Positions 51,324 to 62,948 are shown, counted from the stretch's first letter. The stretch: 64,000 bases of DNA from an uncultured Methylomirabilota bacterium (GCA_963845565.1 CAWJSJ010000005.1:768001-832000); one strand, 5' to 3'. Translations and numbers: made by a program. The notes: generated by a model from the letters alone, not told the origin.

Positions 51324-54300
51324 ATGACACGCCTGAGCAGGACCCCTTCCCGAGTCGCAGCCGCGTCCAGACAGTCCCGATCCGATCTGTCGCTCCCGTA
51401 CGACGAGCCGACGGATCACTGGCTCTACGACAGAGACGGGTCCGCGGCGAGCCAACGGCCGGAAGCCGGCGGCCGGCGGGCTACTGGTACAAGACCGAGA
51501 CGACCGGCTCGGCGCAGACGGAGCTCGTTCGCCGAGGAAGAGCGCGACGACCTGCCGCTGGTGAACCTGCTGCGGGAGGACGTGAAGCGCTGGCGCGAGG
51601 CGGGCTACAGGGGCGCGTCGGCCGTGACGAAGGAGCTGCTCCGTCACTGGGCGCGGCGCCGACCGGGCGCGGCGGCTCTTCTTCTGCCAGCGCGAGGCGG
51701 TCGAGACGATCATCTACCTTGCCGAGCTGCGGATTCCCGGGAAGTCGTCCGGACGGGCTTCCAGAAATTCGACCTGGCGGACGACGACCTCGCCCGGCTG
51801 CTGCGCGGCGAGACGGCCGGGCTTCGCGATCGCTGACGCAGCCGACTTCTTCCCGACGCTCGATCAGACCGTCCGGCCGACACGGCGACCTGCTCGCCGC
51901 TGCGTCGGCTCGGCTGCAAGATGGCCACCGGGTCGCGGCAAGACGGTCGTCATGGCCATGCTGATCGCCTGGGCCTTCTGCAACCGCGGCCGGAACCCGG
52001 CTGACGCAGCGGTTCCCCACGCGGTGCTGGTCTGCTGCCCGAACCTGACCGTCAAGGAGCGGCTCCAGGTCCTGCGGCCCGAGAACGCCCGGACAACTAC
52101 TACGCCGCGTTCGACCTGGTCCCGATCGAAGCTACCGCCCGCTGCTGCAGGCCGGCAAGGTGCTGGTCGACGAACTGGCACCGGCTTCGCGCCGGAGTCG
52201 GAGCACAACGAGGGCGACAGGAGCTACGCGGTCGTGAACAAGGGCGCGGAGACGCCGGAGACGTTCGCCCGGCGGGTGCTCGGCGATCTCTACGACCGCG
52301 ATGCCGATCATGGTGCTGAACGACGAGGGCCACCACTGCTGGCGGCCCGCGCCCGTCGGCGGAGGAGCAGGAGCTCACGGCCGAGGAGCGGACGAGCGCT
52401 GGAGGACGAGGCGAGGAGGCGCACGGTCTGGCTCGACGGGCCTGGACCGGATCAACAACGCCGGCCGATGGCGAGCGATGCCGGGCATCTCATGTGCGTG
52501 GACCTGTCGGCCACGCCGTTCTACCTCAAGGGCAGCGGCTATCCCGAGGGCCGGCCATTCCCGTGGCTCGTCAGCGACTTCGGCCTGGTGGACGCCATCG
52601 AGAGCGGGATCGTCAAGATCCCGCGCCTGCCGGTGCTGCGACACCACCGGCCGGCCCGACCCGAAGTACTTCCGGCTCTGGGAGACGATCAGCGAGGGCC
52701 TCCAGCCGGGCGAGCGGCTGCCGGGCAAGGCCGGCAAGCCGAAGCCGGAGGCGGTCTACCGCGAGGCCGAGGGCGCCCTCCAGCAGATCGCCGGCCAGTG
52801 GATGGAGCGGTTCAAGCTAGATCCAGGCAGGCCACGCCGGGCCAGGAGCGCGTGCCGCCGGTTCTGATCATCGTCTGCGACAACACCGACATCGCCGAGG
52901 TCTTCTACCGGAAGATCAGCGGCGAGACCGAAGCGAGAAGTCGTCACCGAGGAGGATGTCGACGAGGCGATGGCGGAGGAGACGAGGAGAACGGCGAGCG
53001 ACGAGCCGGCCAAGGCCAGAAAGGCAAGAAGCCGAAGACGCAGACCGTCTACGGCCAGGGAGCGGTCTATCCCGAGCTACTTCTCGAACACGCCGACCGA
53101 GAAGCGGACGATCCGCATCGACACGAAGCTGCTCGCCGAGGCCGAGAGCGAGGACCCGAACAAGGAGCAGGCGAGACGCGGCCGAGGAACTGCGGCAGGT
53201 CGTGGCCACGGTCGGGCAAGCCGGGGCAGCCCGGCGAGCAGGTCCGCTGCGTCGTCTCGGTGGCGATGCTCACCGAGGGCTGGGACGCCAACAACGTGAC
53301 CCACATCCTCGGGCGTGCGGGCCTTCGGCAGCCAGCTGCTCTGCGAGCAGGTCGTCGGCCGCGGCCTGCGGCGGATGGACTACACGCCGGACCCGGAGAC
53401 CGGCCTGCTCACCGAGGAGTACGTCGACGTCTACGGCATCCCGTTCTCGGTGATCCCGTTCAAGGGGCGGCCAGTCAAGAACGTCGGAGCCGGAGGACAA
53501 GCCGAAGAACCACGTCGAGGCCGTGCCCGAGCGCGCAGGCATGGAGATGCGGTTCCCCGTGGTGGAGGGCTACGCCTTCGCGCTGCGGCGGAACCTGATC
53601 CGGTGCGACGTGGACGGGATGGAGCTCGCTGGACGCTGGAGCCGAACCGCGAGCCGACGGCCACGTTCGTCAAGCCGACGGTCGGGCTACCAAGAGGGCA
53701 CCCCGTCGCAGAGCGCGGCCAACGTTCGAGTTCGTCGAGCAGGACCGCGACGCGTACTACCGGCAGACGCACCTGCAGACGATCAAGTTCCAGATCGCCC
53801 GGCTGGTCGCTGGACGAGCTGACGCGGGCACAGGTGGGAAGGGTCCGAGCGAAGCGGCGGGTCCTGCGCTGCGATCTCGGCATCAGCTGTTCCCGCAGGT
53901 GCTACCGCTTCGTGGACCGAATACGTGGCTCGCAAGGTGGACTTCCAGGGCTGCCACCCGTGCGAGCTGGGGCTGGAGAAGTACGTGGCTCGGATGGTCG
54001 AGCGGTTGCGGGATGCCATCGTGCCGGATGACGCAGAGGGCGAGCCACCGCTCCTGCCGGTCGCTGAACCGGTACAAGCCGATCGGGACGACGGCGGAGG
54101 TGGACTTCAAGACGACGCGACCCTGCTACATGACCGGGCGCAGCCACGTCAACCAGGTGGTGGCCGACACGAAGACGTGGGAGCGGCAGCGCCGCCTTCC
54201 GGCTGGAGCAGAGTCGCGGCGGTGAGGTGGTACGCCCGGAACGATCACCTCGGGTTGGCTATCCCGTACGAGTACCTGGGGGTGGACCACAGCCTACGAG

Positions 54301-54515
54301 CCCGACTTCCTGGTGCGGCTGACGAGCGACGTCGACGGTGGTTCTGGAGGTTAAAGGGTTCGAGGACGACCAGACCAAGGCGAAGCACGACGCGGCGCAA
54401 GCGGTGGGTCATGGCGGTGAACAACTGGGGGCAGTTGGGGCAGTGGATGTTCCACGTCTGCAGGAATCCGCAGCTGCTCGACAAGGAGCTGGCCTTCCTG
54501 GACCGAACGGTCTAG
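51324..54515 (+). pseudogene. Type III-like restriction helicase-nuclease (Res), many frameshifts
   Basis: FCQREAVET, MATG.GKT, LNDEGHH, MLTEGWD, EQVVGRGLRR, PDF..LEVKG. Confidence 0.8.
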
Positions 54516-54887
54516 TTTCCGCCTCTAACCCTTCAGACGCCTGTTCGTCGCTATCGTGCAGGCCAGCCATCTTCGAGTTTTTCTTGACCAGAAAGTACCG
54601 TTACTGCAATGTTCATTTCCTAAAGAAGAAGGAACATTGCAATGACCCGTAACAAAACCAAACCTCAGAGCGGTAGCGGCTGCGGCAGCGATTGGGTGAG
54701 CCTGCGGCATTCCTGGCAGCGGGAATCCGTCAGGAGTGCGCGATGAGGTCGACACGCCGGGCGAGGTCTCGCTGGGGGAACGCCGCCCTTTTCGCTTGAT
54801 CTTTCAGGCGCTCCGGCGTAGATTTCGCGCGGTTGGACGTGCCGCCGGGCCGCCGTCGGGTGGAGCGGCGGTTTTGCGTTTCGGGCT

Positions 54888-55883
54888 GTGAGGGACACTG
54901 TGCAGGCGGCCATCGAGGCGTACCTGGGACACCTCAAAGGGGAGCGGGATGCGTCCGTCCACACCCTGCGGAACTACCGGGTGGACCTCACGCAGTTCCT
55001 GACGTATCTCCGCGAGCGGGCGGCCGATCATGACGCCCCCAGTCCCGCCGCGATCGATCAACTCGCCATCCGCGGCTTCGTGGCCCGGTTGCACGGGGAG
55101 AAGCTGGCCCGCACCAGCGTGGCGCGGAAGCTGGCGGCGCTGCGCTCCTTCTTTCGGTATCTCTGCCGTCAGGGCGTTCTGGCGGCGAACCCGGCGGCGC
55201 TGATCCGCGCGCCGCGCCTGCCGGTCCGGACAACGCCCCATCTCTCCGTGGATGAGGCGTTCCAGTTGCTGGCCGCCCCCTCCGCGCGGCAGACCACGGC
55301 GGCGCGGCGGCCCCGCAAGGACACCGAGGCGCTGGTTCGACGGGACCGCGCGATCCTGGAGCTCTTCTACGCCTCGGGCGTGCGGATCGGGGAACTCACG
55401 GGGCTGGTCCAGGACCACGTGGATCTGCACCAGGGGCTGGTGCGGGTTCTGGGCAAGGGGCGAAAAGAGCGAATCGTCCCGGTGGGACGGGCCGCGCTGG
55501 AGGCCCTGCAGGGGTATCTTGAGGTTCGCGAAGGCCTGCAACCGCGCGGCGGCGCCGGTGAGGCGGCGGCGCTGTTCCTGAATGCGCGCGGCGGGCGGCT
55601 TGGCGCCCGGGGCGTCTCCCGGATCGTGCTTCGGCATTTGGTGGCCAGCGGACTGGGGAAGAAGATCACGCCGCACGGCTTGCGGCACAGCTTCGCGACT
55701 CACCTGCTGAGTGCCGGCGCCGACCTGCGGGTCATCCAGGAGCTTCTGGGGCACGCCCGGCTCAGCACGACGCAGCGCTACACCCACGTGGGGTTGGATA
55801 AGGTGATGGAGGTCTACGATCGGGCGCATCCGCGGGCACGCGCCCGTGGCCGCAGGGGCCCGGAAGGGGCGGCGTCACGATGA
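54888..55883 (+). CDS. xerC: Tyrosine recombinase XerC
   Basis: [45 protein letters not shown]; upstream of hslVU. Confidence 0.9.
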   Translation: MRDTVQAAIEAYLGHLKGERDASVHTLRNYRVDLTQFLTYLRERAADHDAPSPAAIDQLAIRGFVARLHGEKLARTSVARKLAALRSFFRYLCRQGVLAANPAALIRAPRLPVRTTPHLSVDEAFQLLAAPSARQTTAARRPRKDTEALVRRDRAILELFYASGVRIGELTGLVQDHVDLHQGLVRVLGKGRKERIVPVGRAALEALQGYLEVREGLQPRGGAGEAAALFLNARGGRLGARGVSRIVLRHLVASGLGKKITPHGLRHSFATHLLSAGADLRVIQELLGHARLSTTQRYTHVGLDKVMEVYDRAHPRARARGRRGPEGAASR

Positions 55884-56437
55884 GCGATGGACAGGCGCGC
55901 GGGGCGCTCCGGGTCCGCAGCACGACCATCCTCTGTGTGCGGCATCAGGGCCGGGTCGCCCTCGCCGGCGACGGGCAGGTCTCGTTCGGCGAGATGGTGA
56001 TGAAGCACACCGCCCGGAAGGTCCGGCGGATGTACCAAGACACGATTCTCGCCGGCTTCGCCGGCGCGGCCGCGGACGCCTTCGCCCTGTTCACCAAGTT
56101 CGAGGGGAAGCTGGAGGAGTTCCGGGGGAATCTGCCGCGGGCCGCGGTGGAGCTGGCCAAGGACTGGCGGACGGACCGCGCCCTGCGCCGCCTGGAGGCG
56201 CTTCTGGCGGTGGCCAACGCGGAGCATTCCCTGATCATCTCCGGCACCGGGGACGTGATCGAGCCGGACGACGGGGTCATCGGGATCGGGTCCGGGGGCG
56301 GCTATGCGGCTGCCGCGGCCCGCGCTCTGGTGAAGCATTCGACGCTCTCGGCGCGGGAGATCGTCGACGAGGCCATGCGGATTGCCGCGGGGTTGTGCGT
56401 GTACACCAACGACCGGATCACCATCGAAGAGCTTTAG
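55880..56437 (+). CDS. hslV: ATP-dependent protease subunit HslV
   Basis: [35 protein letters not shown]. Confidence 0.95.
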   Translation: MSDGQARGALRVRSTTILCVRHQGRVALAGDGQVSFGEMVMKHTARKVRRMYQDTILAGFAGAAADAFALFTKFEGKLEEFRGNLPRAAVELAKDWRTDRALRRLEALLAVANAEHSLIISGTGDVIEPDDGVIGIGSGGGYAAAAARALVKHSTLSAREIVDEAMRIAAGLCVYTNDRITIEEL

Positions 56438-56560
56438 CGGGCCGCTCAAGAAGGCCCATCTGCTGCGTTGGTTCGCCTTGGCTCTCGCTGCGACGTACCT
56501 CCAGTACGTCTCGCTCGGCCATCGGCAAACCGCCTTGCACCTGGACCTTTTTGAGCCGCC
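56437..56560. repeat. ~125-bp palindromic MITE/REP-like element, copy 2
   Basis: Shares GGCCCATCTGCTGCGTTGG, CTCGCTGCG.CGTACCTCCAGTACG and ACCGCCTTGCA with copy 1. Confidence 0.75.
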
Positions 56561-56576
56561 AATCAGGCTGCGAATT

Positions 56577-57911
56577 ATGGATCAGATGACCCCGCGCCAG
56601 ATCGTGGCGGAGTTGGACAAATACATCATCGGACAGCACGACGCCAAGCGGGCGGTGGCCATCGCGCTGCGGAACCGCTGGCGCCGGCAGCGGCTGCCCG
56701 CCGGCCTTCGCGACGAGGTGGCGCCGAAGAACATCATCATGATCGGGCCGACCGGGGTCGGCAAGACCGAGATTGCCCGGCGGCTGGCCCGGCTGGCCGA
56801 GGCGCCGTTCATCAAGGTGGAGGCCTCCAAGTACACCGAGGTCGGGTACGTGGGCCGCGATGTCGAGTCGATGATCCGCGACTTGGTGGAGCTCGCCATC
56901 AATATGGTGCGCGGCGAGAAGACGCGTGCGGTGGAGCAGCGGGCGCGGGAGCTCGCGGAGGAGCGCCTGTTGGACTTGCTCCTGCCGCCGACGCGGCCCG
57001 CCTTCGGCGCGGCCCCGGAGGCCGGGGCCGTCCACGACACGCGGGAGAAGTTGCGGGCGCGGCTGCGCGACGGGGCGCTGGACGACCGGACGGTCGAGAT
57101 CGAGGTGGCCCAGCGCGGGCTGCCCATGATCGACCTGATGGGCGGCCACGGCATGGAGGAGATGCAGGACAACCTCAAGGAGATGTTGGGTAACCTCCTG
57201 CCCCAGCGGACCCGGCGCCGCAAGGTCAAGCTCCACGAGGCGCGGCGTATCGTGACGCAGGAAGAAGCGGACAAGCTGGTGGACAAGGAAGAGGTGACCG
57301 GCGAGGCGATCGCCCGGGTGGAGAACTCGGGGATCGTCTTCCTGGACGAGATCGACAAGATCGCCGGTCGGGAAGGGGTGCACGGCCCGGATGTCTCCCG
57401 GGAGGGGGTGCAGCGGGACCTGCTGCCCATCGTGGAGGGGTGCACGGTCAGCACCAAGTACGGGCTGGTGCGCACGGACCACATCCTGTTCATCGCCGCG
57501 GGCGCCTTCCACGTGTCGAAGCCGTCCGACCTGATCCCGGAGCTGCAAGGCCGGTTTCCCCTTCGGGTCGAGCTGGCGAGTCTGACCGAGCAAGACTTCG
57601 TGCGGATCCTGACGGAGCCGGAGAACGCCCTCACCAAGCAGTACACGGCGCTCCTGGCGACGGAGGGCGTGGATCTGGCGTTCACGCCGGACGCCGTGGA
57701 GGAGATCGCCAAGATTGCCACCACGGTGAATCAGGCCACCGAGAACATCGGGGCCCGCCGCCTCTATACCATCATGGAGCGGCTGCTCGACGAGGTGTCG
57801 TTCGAGGCCCCGCACATGGCGGGGGTGCGCGTCGAGATCACCGGGCCGCAGGTCCGCCAGCAATTGGCGAGCATCATCACGAATCAGGACCTGAGCCGGT
57901 ACATCCTGTAG
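56577..57911 (+). CDS. hslU: ATP-dependent protease ATPase subunit HslU
   Basis: [35 protein letters not shown]. Confidence 0.96.
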   Translation: MDQMTPRQIVAELDKYIIGQHDAKRAVAIALRNRWRRQRLPAGLRDEVAPKNIIMIGPTGVGKTEIARRLARLAEAPFIKVEASKYTEVGYVGRDVESMIRDLVELAINMVRGEKTRAVEQRARELAEERLLDLLLPPTRPAFGAAPEAGAVHDTREKLRARLRDGALDDRTVEIEVAQRGLPMIDLMGGHGMEEMQDNLKEMLGNLLPQRTRRRKVKLHEARRIVTQEEADKLVDKEEVTGEAIARVENSGIVFLDEIDKIAGREGVHGPDVSREGVQRDLLPIVEGCTVSTKYGLVRTDHILFIAAGAFHVSKPSDLIPELQGRFPLRVELASLTEQDFVRILTEPENALTKQYTALLATEGVDLAFTPDAVEEIAKIATTVNQATENIGARRLYTIMERLLDEVSFEAPHMAGVRVEITGPQVRQQLASIITNQDLSRYIL

Positions 57912-57988
57912 GCCGGGGCCGCCCGCGCCGTCAGATCGGGCTGACGGGGCGCGGGGTCCTCACCCTCCTTCCGGGGACGTGGTGCGCC

Positions 57989-59020
57989 ATGGATACCGTC
58001 CTGGTAGTCGACGACGATCAACTGTTTCTGGCGCTGGTGCGGGAAGAGCTGCAGAAGTCCGGCTTCGAGGTCGTGGTGGCCGAGACCGCACCCCAAGCGA
58101 AGGAGGCCCTCGCGGCGCGACCCGTCCAGGCGATCATCATGGACGTCGTGATGCCGGACACGGACGGGCTGGAGCTCCTGCCCCAATTCCGGACGGCCTA
58201 CCCCGGCATCCCCGTGATCGTGGTCAGCGGGCGGGCGTCGTTTCTCACGGGCGTGCAGGCCATGCGCCAAGGCGCGATGGATTTCCTCCGCAAGCCGCTG
58301 AACTTCGAGGAGCTGGTCCAATCCGTCACGTCCGCCATCCGCCACAGCCGGGAGGGCGGGGCGCAACCATCGCGACTCGCCCAGCTCGCCAGGCTCCAGG
58401 GGAGCGCGCTGGAATTGGCGAACATGATCCGATGGGATACGCTCGGCGAGTTCTTGAAGGATAGCGCCGCCCTCTTCCAGCGGGTGATCGACTTGGTGGT
58501 CTCCGTCTTGGACGTGGAGATCGTCTCCCTCATGCTGGTCAGAGAGCCGGAGGGGATGCTGCGGATCGTCCACGCCAAGGGTCTGGATCCCGAGGTCCAG
58601 CAGCAGGCCGCCTGTCCCGTCGGCGAGGGGATTGCGGGGTGGGTCGCCCAGACGGGGGAGCCGCTCCTGATTCGCGATCTGGCGCAGGATCCCACCTTCG
58701 GCAAGCGGGAACGGAACCCGCGGTACCATACCAACTCGCTCATGGTCGTGCCGCTGAAGGTGAACGGCCGGACCGTCGGGGTCATGAACGCCAACAACAA
58801 GATCACCGGCGAACCCTTCGACGAGCATGACTTGGCGCTCTTTACGACGTTTTCCTGCATCGTGTCCCTGAGCCTGGCCACGGCCCAGCTCTTCGAGCAG
58901 CTGACCGCCTCGGTGGACGAACTGGCCGTCACCAACGCCCGCCTGGCGCGCACCAACGTCGAGTTGGAGGCGCGCGTGCGCGAACTGCAGACGCTCAGGG
59001 GCAAGGGGCCGCAGGGCTGA
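57989..59020 (+). CDS. Response regulator receiver + GAF domain protein
   Basis: VLVVDDD, MDVVMP..DG, FLRKP; GEGIAGWVA GAF motif; C-terminal coiled coil. Confidence 0.85.
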   Translation: MDTVLVVDDDQLFLALVREELQKSGFEVVVAETAPQAKEALAARPVQAIIMDVVMPDTDGLELLPQFRTAYPGIPVIVVSGRASFLTGVQAMRQGAMDFLRKPLNFEELVQSVTSAIRHSREGGAQPSRLAQLARLQGSALELANMIRWDTLGEFLKDSAALFQRVIDLVVSVLDVEIVSLMLVREPEGMLRIVHAKGLDPEVQQQAACPVGEGIAGWVAQTGEPLLIRDLAQDPTFGKRERNPRYHTNSLMVVPLKVNGRTVGVMNANNKITGEPFDEHDLALFTTFSCIVSLSLATAQLFEQLTASVDELAVTNARLARTNVELEARVRELQTLRGKGPQG

Positions 59021-59042
59021 CCCGGAGCGGAGCGGAGACCCT

Positions 59043-59912
59043 ATGTCAACCCCATCGACGCAAGCCGAGATCATCATCGGGGCGCTGCCCTACATCCAGG
59101 CCTTCCGCGGGACGACCGTGGTGGTGAAATACGGCGGAAACGCCATGGTGGATCCGAACCTCACCGTGGCGGTGATCCAGGATGTCATCCTGATGGGGCT
59201 CGTGGGAATGCAGCCGGTCGTGGTGCACGGCGGCGGACCGCAGATCGACGAGGCCATGAAGACCTCGGGTCTCACCCCGTCGTTCATCCAGGGGCTGCGG
59301 GTCACCGACGCGGAGACCATGCGGATCGTGGAGCGGGTCCTGGTCGGCGAGATCAACCAGGGGATCGTGGCCCTGATCGGCCGGCTGGGCGGGGCGGCCA
59401 TCGGCCTCTCCGGGAAGGACGGTGGCCTGATCCGGGCCCGAAAAGCGCCCCCGAAGAAGGGGGCGGACGGTCAACTGCTGGATCTGGGCCTGGTCGGAGA
59501 GGTGACAGGTGTGGACCCGCGCCCGATCCGGACCTTGCAAGCGGCGGGTTACATCCCGGTGGTGGCGCCCACCGCCGGGGACGCGTCCGGGGCGACCTAC
59601 AACATCAACGCCGACCTGGTGGCGGGCGAGGTGGCCGCGGCGCTCACCGCGGAGAAACTGGTGCTCCTGACCGACACCGACGGCATCCTGGATCGGCGCG
59701 GGGCGCTGCTCTCCACGCTCACGCTTCAGGAGGTCGAGCAGTTGAAGACGGACGGGACGATCACCAAGGGCATGCTCCCCAAGGTCGGGGCGTGCCTGAC
59801 GGCGCTTCGCGCCGGCGTGCGCAAGACCCACATCATCAACGGGACGCGACCGCACGCCCTCATCGAGGAGCTCTTGACCCCCCAGGGGGTTGGAACGGAG
59901 ATTGTGGCCTGA
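59043..59912 (+). CDS. argB: Acetylglutamate kinase
   Basis: VKYGGNAM, VHGGGPQI, YNINAD, GMLPK. Confidence 0.95.
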   Translation: MSTPSTQAEIIIGALPYIQAFRGTTVVVKYGGNAMVDPNLTVAVIQDVILMGLVGMQPVVVHGGGPQIDEAMKTSGLTPSFIQGLRVTDAETMRIVERVLVGEINQGIVALIGRLGGAAIGLSGKDGGLIRARKAPPKKGADGQLLDLGLVGEVTGVDPRPIRTLQAAGYIPVVAPTAGDASGATYNINADLVAGEVAAALTAEKLVLLTDTDGILDRRGALLSTLTLQEVEQLKTDGTITKGMLPKVGACLTALRAGVRKTHIINGTRPHALIEELLTPQGVGTEIVA

Positions 59913-59932
59913 CGGCCAAGGGGGTTGTCATC

Positions 59933-61138
59933 ATGACCACACAGGAACTGATCGCCGCGTCGGGGAAGTATCTGGCCAATACCTACGCCCGGTTTCCCAT
60001 CGTCCTGGTGCGCGGCCGGGGCGTGCACCTGTGGGATTCGGACGGCAAGGAGTATCTGGATTTCGTGGGCGGGATCGCGGTGGACGCGCTGGGGCACTGC
60101 CACCCCAGGATGGTCGAGGCGATCCGCGCCCAGGCGGAGACGTTGATCCACGTGAGCAACCTGTACCACATCGAGCCCCAGATCCATCTGGGGAAGCTCC
60201 TCTGCGAGCAGTCATTCGCCGACCGGGCCTTCTTCTGCAACAGCGGCGCGGAAGCGAACGAGGCGGCCATCAAGCTGGCCCGGAAGTACGCCAAGGACCA
60301 CTGGAGCTCCGACCGGGTCGAGATCATCGCCATGCACCACGCCTTCCACGGCCGGACGCTGGCCACGGTGACGGCGACAGGGAATCCCAAGTACCTGCAC
60401 GGCTTCGAGCCGCTCATGCCGGGTTTCAAGCACGTGCCGTACAACAATCTCCAGGCCGTGGAGCGGGCCATCGACTCGCGGACGTGTGCCGTGCTGGTGG
60501 AGCCCGTGCAGGGCGAGGGGGGCGTGAACGTTCCAGGGGACGCCTACCTGCCGGGGCTGCGCCGCTTGTGCGACGAGGCGGGCATCCTGCTGATCCTGGA
60601 CGAGGTGCAGTCGGGGATGGGGCGGACCGGGCGGCTGTTCGCCTACCAGCACTGGGGTGTGGAGCCGGACATCCTGACGCTGGCCAAGGCGTTGGCCGGC
60701 GGCGTTCCCATGGGGGCCATGTTGGCCCGGGAGGCCGTCGCGGCCAGCTTCGTCCCCGGCACGCACGCCTCCACGTTCGGCGGGACGCCTTTCGTGTCGG
60801 CCATCGCGCTGGCGGTGGTGCGGACCATGCTGGACGACGACCTGCCGGGCAACGCCGCCCGTGTAGGGAAGTATTTCCTCGACCGACTGGAGGCGCTGAA
60901 GGGCGGCCACCCCGCGGTCACCGCGGTGCGGGGGAAAGGTTTGATCCTCGGCCTGGAGGTGTCGGTCCCGGCGCGCAACATCGTTGCCGCCTGCATGGAA
61001 CGGGGACTCCTGGTCCTGACCGCCGGGGATAACGTGGTGCGGTTCGTTCCGCCCCTGATCGTGAGCGAGGTTGAGGTGGATCGCGCCGTGACGATCGTGG
61101 AGGCGGCGCTGACCGCCGTGGGAGGCCCTGCCACATGA
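59933..61138 (+). CDS. argD: Acetylornithine aminotransferase
   Basis: NSGAEANEAAIK, FHGRT, DEVQSG, TLAKALAGG. Confidence 0.93.
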   Translation: MTTQELIAASGKYLANTYARFPIVLVRGRGVHLWDSDGKEYLDFVGGIAVDALGHCHPRMVEAIRAQAETLIHVSNLYHIEPQIHLGKLLCEQSFADRAFFCNSGAEANEAAIKLARKYAKDHWSSDRVEIIAMHHAFHGRTLATVTATGNPKYLHGFEPLMPGFKHVPYNNLQAVERAIDSRTCAVLVEPVQGEGGVNVPGDAYLPGLRRLCDEAGILLILDEVQSGMGRTGRLFAYQHWGVEPDILTLAKALAGGVPMGAMLAREAVAASFVPGTHASTFGGTPFVSAIALAVVRTMLDDDLPGNAARVGKYFLDRLEALKGGHPAVTAVRGKGLILGLEVSVPARNIVAACMERGLLVLTAGDNVVRFVPPLIVSEVEVDRAVTIVEAALTAVGGPAT

Positions 61139-62064
61139 ATCGGCACTTGCTGACACTGGACGATTTGACCGCGCAGGACGTGGCTGCACTTTTCAACCTG
61201 GCGGCGGAGATCAAGGCCAAGCGGCGGCAGGGGATCCTGCATCCGATCCTCAGCGGAAAGACGCTGGCCATGATCTTCGAGAAGCCGTCGCTCCGCACGC
61301 GGGTGACCTTCGAGGCCGGCATGACCCAGCTCGGCGGGCACGCCATCTACCTCACGCCCACGGATATCCTGCTGGGGCAGCGGGAGACGGTCCAGGATGC
61401 CGCCCGCAACCTGGAGCGCTGGGTGGACGGCATCGTGGCCCGCACCTTCAGCCATCAGACGGTCGAGCGACTGGCCAGTTACTCGCGGATTCCCGTGATC
61501 AACGGCTTGACGGACACCCACCATCCCGTGCAGATCCTCTGCGACCTCTTCACGTTGTGGGAGAAGCGCGGGCGGGTGCAGGGGCTCCGCGTGGTCTTCG
61601 TCGGCGACGGAAACAACGTGTGCGCGTCCTGGTTACAGGGCGCGGCCAAGATGGGGATGCATTTCACCCTGGCGTGCCCCAAGGGGTACGGGCCCGATCC
61701 CGGCCTCCTCGCGCGTGCGGAGGCGCAGGCGAAGGTGAGCGGGGCGACGCTGGCCGTGGTGCATGACCCCGCGGCGGCGGCACGCGGGGCCGACGTGCTC
61801 TATACCGACGTGTGGACCAGCATGGGGCAGGAAGAGGAACGCGCGCGACGCCTCAAGGATTTCCAGGGCTTCCAGGTGGACGACGCGTTGCTGCGGCTGG
61901 CCGCCCCGGACGCCCTGGTGATGCACTGTCTGCCGGCCCACCGTGGTGAGGAGATCACCGACGAGGTGATCGAGGGACCGCACAGCATCGTGTTCGACGA
62001 AGCGGAAAACCGGCTGCACCTGCAAAAAGCGATCTTGGTCACCCTGCTGGGTGGGGGCAAGTAA
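61135..62064 (+). CDS. argF: Ornithine carbamoyltransferase
   Basis: FEKPSLRTR, HPVQ, WTSMGQE, HCLPAHRG. Confidence 0.95.
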   Translation: MNRHLLTLDDLTAQDVAALFNLAAEIKAKRRQGILHPILSGKTLAMIFEKPSLRTRVTFEAGMTQLGGHAIYLTPTDILLGQRETVQDAARNLERWVDGIVARTFSHQTVERLASYSRIPVINGLTDTHHPVQILCDLFTLWEKRGRVQGLRVVFVGDGNNVCASWLQGAAKMGMHFTLACPKGYGPDPGLLARAEAQAKVSGATLAVVHDPAAAARGADVLYTDVWTSMGQEEERARRLKDFQGFQVDDALLRLAAPDALVMHCLPAHRGEEITDEVIEGPHSIVFDEAENRLHLQKAILVTLLGGGK

Positions 62065-62067
62065 AGG

Positions 62068-62136
62068 GTTCGACAGTTCGACAGTTCGGCGGTTCGGTGG
62101 AACGGTCGAACCGTCGAACTATCGAACAGCCGAACC
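62068..62136. repeat. Octamer repeat hairpin
   Basis: GTTCGACA-like units x4 followed by inverted TCGAAC units x4. Confidence 0.65.
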
Positions 62137-62153
62137 TCTTTTCAGGAGGGCAC

Positions 62154-62948
62154 ATGCGTCTGGCGGGAAAGGTTGCCATGGTCACCGGCGGCGGTGCGGG
62201 CATCGGCCGGGCTATCGTGCTGGCCATGGCCCGGGAAGGGGCCGACATCGTCATACCGGACATCCAGGTGGCGAACGCCGAGGCGGTCGCCAAGGAAGTC
62301 CAGGCCCTGGGGCGACGGGCGATCGTTCGGAAGGTGGACGTGACGAGAGAGGCCGAGATCCACGCGGCGATTGCCGAGGGCATCGCGGCCTGCGGCCAGA
62401 TCGACATCCTGGTGAACAATGCGGGCGTCACTCCCGGACTCGGTCTGCCGTTCACCCGTCAGGTGGAGGCGGACTGGGACAAGGTCTTCAACGTCAACAT
62501 GAAGTCGGTGTTCTTCACCTGCAAGCACATCGCCCCGCACTTCATGGGGCGACGCTCGGGGAAGATCGTCAACATCTCGTCCATCGCCGGGCCGCTGTCC
62601 AGCTCCACCATGCCGTCGTACAGCGTCTCCAAGATGGGGGTCATCACCTTCACGAAGATCGTTGCCAAGGAACTGGCACCGTACAACGTCAACGTGAACG
62701 CCATCTGCCCCGGACTTCTCTTTACCGACATGTGGAAGAAGATCGGGGACGTGATGCGAGAGACGAACCCCGCCTATGCCGATCTCACCCCGCGGCAGAT
62801 GTTCGAGAAGCGCGTGGAGGAATGGATCCCACTGAAGCGCGAGCAGACGCCCGAAGACATCGGGTGTGCCGCCGTGTTCCTCGCGTCCGAGGACGCCCGG
62901 AACATCACCGGCCAAGCCCTCATGGTGGACGGCGGGGTGGTGATGTAG
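62154..62948 (+). CDS. SDR family NAD(P)-dependent oxidoreductase
   Basis: TGGGAGIG, NNAG, YSVSK, VDGG. Confidence 0.92.
   Translation: MRLAGKVAMVTGGGAGIGRAIVLAMAREGADIVIPDIQVANAEAVAKEVQALGRRAIVRKVDVTREAEIHAAIAEGIAACGQIDILVNNAGVTPGLGLPFTRQVEADWDKVFNVNMKSVFFTCKHIAPHFMGRRSGKIVNISSIAGPLSSSTMPSYSVSKMGVITFTKIVAKELAPYNVNVNAICPGLLFTDMWKKIGDVMRETNPAYADLTPRQMFEKRVEEWIPLKREQTPEDIGCAAVFLASEDARNITGQALMVDGGVVM

Noticed and set aside
54888..55883. XerC as the integrase of the defence islet
   Set aside because: It sits in the usual housekeeping position coupled to hslV, and no att sites were seen.
62068..62136. Mini CRISPR array
   Set aside because: Units are 8 bp with no spacers, and there are no cas genes. 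No CRISPR, tRNA or rRNA was recognised in the window.
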